The notes under the pieces are model-generated. The model ran no database searches. It was not told the DNA's origin and saw nothing but the letters and a program-made list of their open reading frames with translations. DNA of 64,000 bases from Phoronis australis (Eukaryota; Animalia; Phoronida). The position numbers and the translations under genes were made by a program. Positions 12,901 to 22,640 of the stretch are shown here, one piece after another. The stretch spans positions 1 to 64,000 of the forward strand of contig NMRA01000249.1 of assembly GCA_002633005.1 (NCBI GenBank). Direction: 5' to 3'. How positions within the stretch are numbered: the first letter of the stretch is position 1; the number at the start of each line of letters is the position of its first letter.

Positions 12901-15399
12901 TGCAAAGTGTCGCATCTGTTCAGAGTTACTTTCAGGGTCTGGCCGCTGCCGTAAATGACGCCTTCGTATTTAATTCCAACTGGTACAGGGTGAATGGGAA
13001 GCGTGATCTCTACCAGCGTTCCATCTTTCATACCAACTACTCCAAACTGGGTGTTGATCTCGGCAGGCCAGTAAGACATTGTGTAGTACCGCTTTCCTTG
13101 CACGTGCGATGGAAGTGCCAGGAAAGCGTCGTTAGAGAATTCTTCCATGTTAACACAGTAAACATTGATGTCGACGTTGGACTTCACCAAGATCGCCTGC
13201 GTGGAGCGCCCTGTTCCTGACTGCCTCAGTCTATAGTCGATTTCAAACTTGTGAACCTCACCCGGTTTGATAAAAGCGACCTTGTTTATTGCAGGAGCAC
13301 TCCATTTTGGAGATGAGACTGTTACAATTGCTTGCATGCCACGCGCTGGGGTAGCGTACAGCTCTAAAGGAAAATTCTTCGGAGTTTCGACTTTGTTCTG
13401 CATGAACATGATAAAGAATTCTTTTCCCGCTGCATCGTCGCCAGCAGCACAGTCTTCATCGACCTTGCCGTCACTATCGTCGTCTGCAAGGTACGCAAAC
13501 ACATACGTGAGTTACATAAAAGCAACGTAGAACCTTTATATTTACACACCGTGTGCATTGCCGCATACAGCGCAGATGCAAGAGGCGGTTATTATTTTAA
13601 ACATTCCCTACAAGAGCAACGCGGAGCGTTGAAATGCGCCCACACATGCACTGCAAACGATGTGATTCTAGAGGTGTTCATTTGTATCATAAAATGACCA
13701 CTAGATGGTGCAAAATACTTCGAATCAATCCAAAAACGGGAAAATGTCACCGTTTCTGTAACAAAAAACTATTTGCAACTAGGGGGCACAGCGTTCTTCG
13801 GATCCTTCTGAAAGTCGTCGTCTCCCGTTGTCAACTTCGTGTAAATACATTTGTTAAGTTTAATAAAGATCAGGCAGAAGGCTTAGGAGATACAGCTATG
13901 GTCGTAAAAAACAAAACTGCCTCTAGGAGGCGTCACACTAAGAACATAAATGCCAATTTTCACAATCATCCTAAGAGTGCTTTGGTTAACAGAGAGCAGA
14001 CGCCAAAACAGACTGAAAACAGTAAAAATGGCCACTAGACGACGCAAATTATGTCGAATCTATCGAAAAGTGGAAAATGTCATCTTTTTTAACAGAACGC
14101 TATTTACCAAATTTCATGAAAATCCGTCAAGGAACTTCTGAGAAACGGAGGAAAACGAAAAAAATTAAATTACCACTAGAGGGCACAGTATTCTTCGGAT
14201 CCATCTGAAAGTCGCCGTTGTCAACTTCATATAAATGTGTGTGCTAAATCTAATAAAGATCCTGCAGAGGGCTGAGTAGATACAGCTATGAGCGCAAAAA
14301 TACAAAACTGCCACTAGAATGCTCCACAGTAGTCGAAGTCGTCTGGAAATCATCGTCAACCGTCATCTTCCCAATAAGAACATACATGCCAATTTTCAGT
14401 CATCCTTAGAATGGGTTGTTTACTAGAGGGGTGGACGCAAAACAAACAGACACCAATATAGTAAAATTACTTTGAATCAATCCGAAAACATGAAGATAGC
14501 GTCATCTCATTTGATAGATGCCCATATGCCAGATTTCATGAAAATCGGTTGAAGACCTTTGAAGATACAGAGGCAAACGTAAAAACTAAAATTGCCACTA
14601 AAGAGCAGAGCGGTATTTGTCGAGTCCGAAACTTGTCCTCTGTCGTCAACCCCATAGGAACACACCTGCCTAATTTCAATGAGATCCTGCAAGAGGTTTA
14701 GGAGATCAACCGCGGACGAATGACGCCCAGTCGCCCAGACAGAGATGACGGCAATATAAACATGTGGACACGTAATAAACGAAGCAATACGAGTAAACTT
14801 TATAATGGCCCTTATGGAATGCAAACGAAGTAAGAACTGCTCTTCTCAATAAGAACACACCTGACACATTTTGTCATGATTCTTCAAGAAATTTCTACTT
14901 TGGAGAATAGAAAGGCAGGGGACAAAAACAATAGAAGGCCCTTAGGTCAAATCTACCTCAAACAGGGCGTATCCTGTTGCCGACGTGACAAAGTTTTTGG
15001 CCAAATTTTATTTACTTGATAGACTTCTAGGCAAACGCAAATAAATGCAAATTTTTCATCTCCACCCTAGTAGGATTTGTTCCAAACATAGCCAAAAACA
15101 ATGAAAGTGGTCAGTAAGTGGCCTACAATACGTTGAATCTATACGAAATGAGAAATGCTCATCACGTTTTCAATAGAAAGTTATTTCATAATAATCTTCC
15201 AAATAACTGCGAAGATGCATAGGAAAATGTAAACAGAGTAAAATTGCCTTTAGGGGACACAGTGATAGTCGGATCCGTCCGAAATTTCTGGCATGCAGTC
15301 TATCCATGATAGAAAAATATTTGTAAAATTCTCGAACATACATCAAGGATTTTTGGAGAAACAGCAGCGGGTGCAGGACGGACAGACGTACACACGCGT

Positions 15400-15463
<64 letters not shown>

Positions 15464-17806
15464 TGCATAAAAGCGTGCAGATGTCATCAATTGTTGTCGG
15501 ATACCAGGAGGCATCGCAATCCTTGCGTCAAATTTGTGAATTTTTCGGTTGTTTTATTATTTTTATGAGATTGTGTGACATTTCTCTATTTCTTTAGTTC
15601 GAAGTTTGTTTAAAAAATACCAGTGTTTGATGTGACACGTGTGCCAGTGGATTAACAGTGACTGCTTCCATGCGCTACATATTTTACCTGACCGGAAATG
15701 TTTGGCAATGTTATAAGGCACCATAGACACCGGTCGTTATTTTTGTCTGCTGAAACATTTTTCTGAATAAACAAACGTAATAATACTGTAAACAAAACAC
15801 CAGACATGAAAAGTAAATTCACAGGCACATGCACACGTGCATGCTCTCCAACACCAAAATATATTAGTCAGTTTGTAAGATTGTCATATGAATGACCCAG
15901 AATGCGCTCAAACACAAAGTTCTGTTTTTCAGTCAGTGTGATTGTCATAGAATATATGAGTGAGATCTTACGCACTCAAACGTACAAAGGTGAACTCGTC
16001 AGTCCGTATGGTTGACAAAATTATGCACTAAAACACACAAAGTTATATTGGACATTCAGAGTGATTGAAAGAAAGAAAATATGTGGGAGCTCAACATTCC
16101 ACTTGTTTACGCAACACACGTCACTGTCGATGTTTTAACACCATTTTGGCACTAAACCAACATACCTAGAAGGTTGCACATTTCTTCATCAATCTTCCCG
16201 TCGCAATCGTTGTCTATTCCGTCACCAATAGATGGAGATGTCGGAGTACACTGAAAAAGCGTCCCCAACATTCCAATTTCGATTACGCCAAATGTACTAC
16301 AGTGAACTAGGAGAAGGAGTGCTACATAAAAGTAACATGTCACTTGACTAGCGTATATGTACTCTCTCATCAAACACCTTCTTAGTAAGGAGAGAGGACC
16401 ACCAAAAATAAAAAAATCAAAGATATTAAAATGTTTCAACTTGTATTGACTGAATTAACTTACATTAAAACAAAGCGGCAACAGTATCTTTAAATGAACA
16501 ATTAGAAATTGGTGGTCCGTCTATTTTCGGTGACCATGAATTTTCTAGAATTAGATTTTTCAGAAATGTGTGCACCGTAAGACAAAATTGCTGACTTAAA
16601 TCTAAAGACACATTCCATGCTACAGGCCCCTGAAGTACATGTAAACCTCTTCGAATCAAAATGAAAAAAGACACGATACATTACCTGAGCACTTGAAAAC
16701 TGTACATCTGTAAATATTTAAAAAAATATAAGTTGTAAACCAGTACCCCAATTAAATTTACGGTTTGACAACTTTGGGTGTACATTTTCTTTGACTTTAC
16801 AAATATTTGTATAGTTAATAAGTTTAAAGCTCGCACGTTGAAAACACATAGTGGCAGATAATTTACTTTTCCGTTCTTTCAAAACAATATATGTTGCATC
16901 AAAAATACTCCATCACTATCCTTTTTAAAAAAGGACAATGTTACGAGAAATTGTGAGCTCTCATAACAATGTTACAAGATTTTGAAAACTGACAAAAGAA
17001 CAATTTTGATTTCATTATTAAAGAATTTGGCGAGAATTTTCCGCGGGCCTATTATCGTAAAACTTTATACTAAGCTATGAATACAGCTATGCGACGTTAA
17101 TTTCCAAACTGTGTCAACTGTCCATCCAGTGATGTAAAGTAATTGAAGGTGAAAACGCTGGGTACATATCCATTGCATTTCACAAAGGGAAGCATACATG
17201 CCACATATCCGATAACTAGGGTAAGGCGGACGTTTTCGCTCAGTGCATGAAAACGAATGTTTAATGCGAAAACCGGGGTGCAAAAACACCTGTCTCTGGC
17301 AGTTGATGATGGCTTCCGCCTCGCCGTCCACACACAGACTTACTTGCTCCAGGTTAACTTCCGTCACTTGTAATCTCTGTGTGGCCGCAAAATTGGTGTA
17401 TGGCGGAAGCAATTATCAACTGCTGTTACATGCAGACGTTGTTTTTCTTGCGCGCGCTTTTGGGTGTTCATTGTCACGCACAGAGCGACAACTTCCGTCT
17501 TACCCCAGTTATCAGGTTATCAGATGTGTGTGTGTGGGGGGGGGNGAGGGGGGACGCTCCACTTAAACTGAGTGGGGCGAATTGCGCTAGTGACAGTTGT
17601 TCTAGAGTAGGGTGTGTGTGGACGAGACGTACAGAAATTAGTGAATACTTCTAGCTCGCGGTCAGACGTCAATTATGAAGTAAGAAAACGCAAGACGCCT
17701 TGAGGTTTCTCGATCAGCATACATGGCAGTGTTAGTAAGAGCAAATTTACTTACAATAAGTGGACAGGAAGTAAATTAGGCAGGCCAACAGTGCTCCGTT
17801 CTTCAT
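409..17806 (-). CDS. Giant secreted multi-repeat protein: signal peptide + >=5 x [acidic Cys module - IgGFc_binding (FCGBP_N) domain - acidic Cys module]. 3'-incomplete. Coding exons 17806-17755, 16707-16685, 16250-16166, 13483-12071, 11541-11501, 11187-11103, 10758-9340, 8448-8402, 8151-8067, 7697-6279, 5390-5344, 5091-5007, 4639-3221, [gap], >988-409
   Basis: All exon boundaries I could read are GT-AG, and phases chain in frame (6220 nt, ~2073 codons, up to 3221). Large exons carry IgGFc_binding-family motifs: SNDAFLALP..LQG.RYY, DLTGTFITSN..ISVFSGN, DHLVEQLPP, FRIVAS.DNT, DPSMMLIPP..QY, YGTGDRESYGMPIG. Domain call is by motif recognition, not a search. Confidence 0.9.
989..1849. other. Assembly gap (861 N) inside the tandem array
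   Basis: Run of N. Confidence 1.
3221..4639 (-). CDS. Large exon of repeat 4 (IgGFc_binding domain, 1419 nt)
   Basis: ccttacag| ... AAAG|gtattg; overlaps ORF 3195-4580. Confidence 0.92.
5007..5091 (-). CDS. 85-nt exon (CIPSQSSIGDGVDNDCDGNVDEEVCNSA)
   Basis: ttttttcag| ... G|gtaagc, phase 0->1. Confidence 0.88.
5344..5390 (-). CDS. 47-nt micro-exon (DNDGDGLADEDCRKPS)
   Basis: ttctgctgcag| ... TCG|gtaagt, phase 1->0. Confidence 0.88.
6279..7697 (-). CDS. Large exon of repeat 3 (IgGFc_binding domain, 1419 nt)
   Basis: ccttacag| ... AAAG|gtattg; overlaps ORF 6253-7638. Confidence 0.92.
8067..8151 (-). CDS. 85-nt exon (CIPSQSSIGDGVDNDCDGNVDEEVCNSV)
   Basis: cttttcag| ... G|gtaagg, phase 0->1. 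Confidence 0.88.
8402..8448 (-). CDS. 47-nt micro-exon (DNDGDGLTDEDCRKPS)
   Basis: ttctgctgcag| ... TCG|gtaagt, phase 1->0. Confidence 0.88.
9340..10758 (-). CDS. Large exon of repeat 2 (IgGFc_binding domain, 1419 nt)
   Basis: cttttacag|ACGACGAC ... AAAG|gtattg; inside ORF 9314-10879. Confidence 0.92.
11103..11187 (-). CDS. 85-nt exon (CVPSDPSIGDGVDNDCDGKVDEEVCNSA)
   Basis: catttcag| ... G|gtaaat, phase 0->1. Confidence 0.88.
11501..11541 (-). CDS. 41-nt micro-exon (DNDGDGRVDEDCKK)
   Basis: gttacag| ... AAA|gtgagt, phase 1->0. Confidence 0.85.
12071..13483 (-). CDS. Large exon of repeat 1 (divergent IgGFc_binding domain copy, 1413 nt, phase 1-1)
   Basis: ccttgcag|ACGACGATAGT ... GTTG|gtaagt; inside ORF 11958-13502; clearly homologous to, but much more diverged than, repeats 2-5. 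Confidence 0.92.
13610..15472. mobile_element. Non-autonomous composite repeat, HINE/Helentron-associated-like, in intron 4
   Basis: Starts ACAAGAGC. Short sub-terminal inverted repeat ATGCGCCCAC (13634) / GCGGGTGCAT (15459-15468). Internal degenerate core repeats (ccactag..., tttcatgaaaatc), then GACGGACAGAC and an (AT)27 microsatellite just before the ..GGGTGCATAAAA end. This layout is typical of mollusc pearl/HINE-type elements. Confidence 0.6.
15405..15458. repeat. (AT)27 microsatellite
   Basis: Perfect dinucleotide run. Confidence 0.98.
16166..16250 (-). CDS. 85-nt exon, first half of acidic module (CTPTSPSIGDGIDNDCDGKIDEEMCNLL)
   Basis: tttttcag| ... G|gtatg; same length and motif as the exons at 11103, 8067 and 5007. 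Confidence 0.9.
16685..16707 (-). CDS. 23-nt micro-exon encoding the end of the signal peptide (Y)VQFSSAQ
   Basis: tttacag|ATGTACAGTTTTCAAGTGCTCAG|gtaatg. Phase 1->0 bridges the ATG exon and the phase-0 85-nt exon; S-S-A|Q fits an AxA-type signal peptidase site. Confidence 0.75.
17205..17520. mobile_element. Degenerate MITE-like element with ~50-bp imperfect terminal inverted repeats
   Basis: atatccgataactagggtaaggcggacgttttcgctcagtgcatga matches the reverse complement of tcacgcacagagcgacaacttccgtcttaccccagttatcaggttat. Confidence 0.6.
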
Positions 17807-17818
17807 TGCGGCGGTGTC
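17755..17818 (-). CDS. First coding exon (12 nt UTR + ATG at 17806), signal peptide MKNGALLACLIYFLSTY
   Basis: Polypyrimidine tract and acceptor (ttcctttttatcattccag), GCAATGA start context, basic then hydrophobic residues, phase-1 donor T|GTAAGT matching the next micro-exon. Confidence 0.8.
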
Positions 17819-18375
17819 CTGGAATGATAAAAAGGAAAGTGCTGCAGTTTTTATTGGCCATCCGCACAAGGAGATAAAAATCTAGCTCACTGATCAGCGT
17901 AACTCAGACTGGGTGGAAATTTCAACTTTCGCCGCTTGTGATGCGCCTACATGTTCATCATTTTCCCCTAACCATAGCAATTTTCATTATCACCATGACT
18001 GAGTTACACTGCATCCGTGATTGAAACTGACTTCCTCAAACATTGGGTAACACCGTGATTGAACTAATTAATAAACAACCGAACTATTTAATGTATAACT
18101 CTGCTTTAAATTGCTAAAATACAAGAATGTCCGTGCGCATGCTCTGTCGACTTCTAACTCAACTCAATAATGACTACAAACGGATATCTAGGCCTATACT
18201 GGCTCTCAAAGTCTAATGCACACCACAAGCACGAATATACATGTACTTCTGAGGTTCTCGTGGACCCCAGCTTTTCTGTTTGTCACGTTTAGGGAGGTTT
18301 CGTAAAAGTTTTCAAAGGAATAGTGTTTGTATTTCAAGTCAGTGACCTTTCGTGTGTGTATTTTACACCTCCAAA

Positions 18376-18619
18376 CATGGGCGCACCCAGGGGGGGGGGC
18401 AAAGTGGGCAAATAGGTCCGCCTCAGTGAAACAGAAAGTCCGAGTAAACAAGACAAAAGTCCACAAAGTCCACAGGAATTCGGCGGGGATGCACATTTCG
18501 TAGGCCTGAACCTAGTGGCCCCGTTTTTTTGAGTCCTCTTTCAGTTTATTCAGTAAAAAGGTCCGCATACCGTAAAATTCGAGCCCCACCTCAATAAATT
18601 TAGGCTGGGTGCACGCATG
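18376..18619. mobile_element. 244-bp MITE with 15-bp TIR and 5-bp TSD (CCAAA)
   Basis: CATGGGCGCACCCAG ... CTGGGTGCACGCATG (13/15 match), CCAAA directly on both sides; related internal sequence at ~29597-29790. Confidence 0.75.
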
Positions 18620-19469
18620 CCAAATGACGATACCACAGACATGTTTGCCGTTTAGCCGACACGCCCCAAGTTATTTCATAGGCGAGGCAATGAAAGCTTC
18701 ACTCAGTAGTACAGGTAGGCCAGCCGTACACAATGCCGCTTTTGTATAGAACGTTGGCCCCTTCGGCGACGCTTTTGTTACGATCTCCAGTCTTTTTGTG
18801 TTCCAGCTATTTCCTACTTCAACATTCAGCCGACGGCATGTCTTACGTAACGGTTCATTCCACAGTCATGGTTTGCATGTTCCGGTGTAGAGCATTTGTG
18901 ATTAGAACCATTTATTCCGATAAAACAGCCGGAACGGCATGCCTTTGCCTTTCGCAAGTGCAGTACGTGCTCTCGATCGGTACGCACCAAGATATCGGCT
19001 GCAGGTCGGGCCTGGCAAAATTTCTATCAAAATTTATTTTGCCACATTTTGTCAACAGTTTCAGTACAAGCTTGGTGTTATTGCAGTTAGGTCCGATGTA
19101 TTATTTTATCTCAGTTTGCAGGCTGGTAGCAGACTTTTGTACTTCCGGTTTCACGGTTAGTTCAAAATGGCGGTGTGTTCTTCAGCGGGTCGGAATCATG
19201 AGTAGCGCGTTTATTTAAACATTCTTCGACTACGGAATGTGTATTGGTTATGGGATAGGTACTGCTTGGTTCCTTATAACTTCTTCTAACTATGTAAAAC
19301 GGGTTAAAACGTGTAATACTAGGACTTTAAGGAGAGCACTCCGTTTTTTATTTCAGTTTGATGCAGAATATGTTAGGAATATGTGGATTGTTGCCTGTCA
19401 ACTTTGAAATTTCGCTAGATGAACGGCTTAAATTTTACCACTAGATGTCGCGCATGTCATAACTCTACT

Positions 19470-21820
19470 ACCTTCATGAACATTCATCTAAATTATCCCC
19501 GACATATCGGGTTCTGTTCAACAATATCACGCCTACCACCAGGTCATCTGGCAGAGGTTCCTACCATAATAACTCATGAACAGTAGGGTTTATTCTTCTC
19601 TTTGCTAGTCGCTATGGCTCGTATGCAAGTGAGGTGAATTCTTTATTAACAGTCTGTTACACAATACATCGGATGTACTCAGCTGTATTCGAAGCATTGA
19701 TGACTACAAGAAAGTCTTCTAGATAAACCACCACGATATATCCGATACATGGATTCCTCTATCGGCCGCTAGGATCGCCCGTGCAAGACCTCTTTAGGAT
19801 TAACTCACGATATATCTGATGCATTTCATATTCTGATCTCTTTACTTACCACTAGGGTCGACTACCAGAGATTCCACTAAAAACTCGTGATATATCTATT
19901 ACATTGATTCCCTTATTGGCTGCTAGGATGACACATGCAAGAACTCCTCTTATGATAAACTCACGATATATTGTTGACATTCCGTACTCTGGTCTCTTAA
20001 CGTTCCACTATAGGGTAACCTATTCCACCAAATAATACATGATATGTCGGATATATGGGTTCCCTTATTGGCTGGTAGGCTCGCATGATAGACCCCTTCT
20101 TTATTAACTCATGATATACCGGATGCGTTCAACATTATGCGCTCTTTACTTGCCACTAGGGGTCGTCTACTATATAACTCATCATATATCGGAAACATAC
20201 AATGTATTGACTCCCTTATTGGCCGCTGGGCTCGCACATGCATGAGCTTCTTTTTATTGACTCATACCGTATTAAAGCATCACCTGATCTCATCACTTGC
20301 CACTGGGGTCACCAATTCTACCAAATAATGTGTATTAATAGAGTATATTCGATGCATTCCTTTCATTCATTGTGAAGAGAATTGTGACAGTAAATACCCG
20401 TGCAAATGGTGGCTTGGCAGTACCAGATATAAACGTTACCTATAACTCATTGTTAGCAATATGGGTTCAGCGTTATGTAGGAGAAAACAGATACTGGAAA
20501 TCCTTTTCAAATTTCCTTTTTAGGAGGTACTGGTGTGCATTGCTTTTTAAATCTAATTTTGCTGCCAACTTGTTGCCTTTGGAAGATACCACCAATTTTT
20601 ATTGTGACTTGTTGGATGCATGGGAAAATGTTAGCTTTGTTTTACACAGCGAAACTGATATTGTTAGTCAGGTAATATGGAACAGGAATATTTTGGTTGA
20701 TGGCAAATCTGTTTTTCAGTGGGTTCTACAAGGCTGACATAATTTATGTAAAAGATATATTAGATGTTCAAAACAAGTTTTTGTCTTGGGAAGTTATAAT
20801 ACTCTGCTTTGATGAAGGCACTTTAGTTACCTACATGTAATAGAATGAACCCTTCCACGACAAATTCAATGGACGACTTTCAGTACAGACAGATTAATAC
20901 ACAATCAACTAGAAATTACTTTTTTATATAAAACGATTTCACAACCCGATGTAGAACACAGATTAAGTGATATTTATTCAGAACAACAACTTGGAAAGAT
21001 TTACGCGTTGCCATTCAGACTTGTACTCCTTGCCAAAGTTAAAACTTGTAAATATTGTGGGCATAGTAGAGTTTACACAAAGTATCTTTTGAAAAAGATG
21101 AAGATCATAAGAGATGGTAGTTGTTTGTCCTGTAATGCTGTTGAAACATTTGATCATTTGTTTTGTGATTGTGGTGCAAAGTTAAAGCTTTGTTAAGTAA
21201 TACAACAAAGCGAACCATAGATTTAGTAAAGACTAATATTTTATACGCGTATTTTGGATCTACTTTTGAAGAGATTAGTACTGTACTAACTTTATGATAG
21301 TACTTCATATTTCAGTCATCTTTGGACCATAGCAAAACTACTTTTGAAAAATTTTCATATTCCTTGTATTATTACATATCAAAGTTAGACGAAAGCTGAT
21401 CATAAGTTAAAAAAAAACTGAATTTCACCTTTTGAGAAGCCCTCTGTATATTTACTCGCACCTGTATAATTTTGGAAGTAACACGTACATTAAGAGTGCG
21501 TGGGTGTATGAATGGTGAGTGAATGTTGTACCTTTTCTACTACATGATAGTTATTAGTTAGCATTTGCTGTTATTTTCATTCTTTTGGGAAATAAAATAT
21601 TTACTTATTATAAAAAAATAATTGCCTTCTAGGATCGCATGCAAGGCATCCTTTTTATAAATTCATGATCTTTCGGATACGTTCCATATTCTGAACTCTA
21701 AACTTGCCTCTAAGGTCGCCTATTCTACTAAATAACTCATGATATATCGCATACATCTCTCTTATTGGCCGCGAGGCTCGCATGCATGACCTACTCCTTA
21801 TTAAGTCAAAATACATCGGA
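19470..21820. repeat. Degenerate tandem repeat (~75-bp monomer, ~150-bp dimer) split by a LINE insertion
   Basis: actcaYgatatatc-like motif recurs at about 19730, 19803, 19883, 19959, 20036, 20107 and 20176. It alternates with cttattggccgctaggatcgc and cttaccactagggtcg blocks, and resumes at ~21625-21820. Confidence 0.65.
20372..21620 (+). pseudogene. 5'-truncated decayed non-LTR retrotransposon (L1/Tx1-like ORF2 C-terminus, 3' UTR, A-rich tail)
   Basis: GGLAVPDI...LAIWVQRY...YWKSF...FYCDLLDAW...QVIWN RT-thumb-like text and a zf-RVT-like CLSCNAVETFDHLFCDC; stops and frameshifts; AATAAA then an A-run near 21590-21620. Confidence 0.75.
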
Positions 21821-21849
21821 TACAAGGGACCCAGGTTTTATCACCACTG

Positions 21850-22640
21850 CCATCTAATGAGCATTTTCTGGGATATCTATATTCAGGCATTTATTGAAAT
21901 CGTAACCAATATTTCACTCATCTTGTAAAGTACTTAACATACATGATATCGACGCAATTCATCCAGTACAACGGCATTGGTAGTTTTTGAGTAGAATCAA
22001 CATTTATTTACAAAATATAATTTGTATGTTTTCTACGGAGCTGTACTGCTCTCTTACGTCCTTCTCTTCAGTGGCCCGCCATTTGGAAAGTCCACGATAT
22101 TAGTTTGACATATTTATATCCAGTCCAACGTTGTCACAGAAATTTTCAAAATTGTTTTTGCAGATTGGTATGAGTGGTCGCTATATCGTCGGTACACACT
22201 TAGCGTAAAACGTCAGGTAGTTATGGATCTATAAAAACACCAGAAGATGAGGAATATTTCCATATCATAATCAGTTCATTTAAGAACGATATAAACAAAG
22301 CCGGACTAAGGATACGACCCTGTCCAACACCTGTATTACAACTAAAAATATCTGTATGCAGACATGAATTCTTACACACGATTTCAAATTCTCGCACAAC
22401 GATTTCACCACCTTCCTAACATTTCCATATATACCACTTGATATCAGAGTATCAAACAGAATCTTACGTTGAAGGGAGTCGAAAGCCTTGGCAAAGTCAA
22501 TAAATAAGTAATACACAACTTCTCCCGTTTTTGTTGCATAGATATTTTTGTATCAAGGCATTTCATGTGAAGACCTGATCAACGGTGCTGTACCCTTTTC
22601 TCCAGCTTGCTCTTCAAATATTTTGTTATCACCTGCTAAG
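21850..22640 (-). pseudogene. Decayed LINE reverse-transcriptase fragment (CR1/RTE-type)
   Basis: EEQAG...GYSTVDQVF, LFIDFAKAFDSLQRKILF, GVGQGRILSP motifs with frameshifts. Confidence 0.75.

Noticed and set aside
3221-13483. Bacterial contamination or recent horizontal transfer (both domain types also occur in bacterial surface proteins, and the domain is intronless)
   Set aside because: Spliceosomal introns, animal-type transposons and a metazoan neighbour gene; ancient transfer cannot be judged without a phylogeny
383-13502. Cluster of five independent single-exon paralogous genes, as the ORF track suggests
   Set aside because: Each ORF has acceptor and donor sites in matching phase with conserved micro-exons between them, none has its own signal peptide, and a single upstream signal-peptide exon exists
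15170-15568. ORFs with YIYIYI runs (and THTHTH/CVCVCV runs at 35150-35518)
   Set aside because: They are translations of microsatellites
409-17806. Assigning the symbol FCGBP
   Set aside because: Only the N-terminal domain family is shared; no VWD/C8/TIL domains are visible, so orthology is unsupported
19470-20350. CRISPR-like array (regularly spaced motifs); same consideration for 51290-51745
   Set aside because: Repeats are degenerate, the 'spacers' are homologous to each other, there are no cas genes, and the context is eukaryotic
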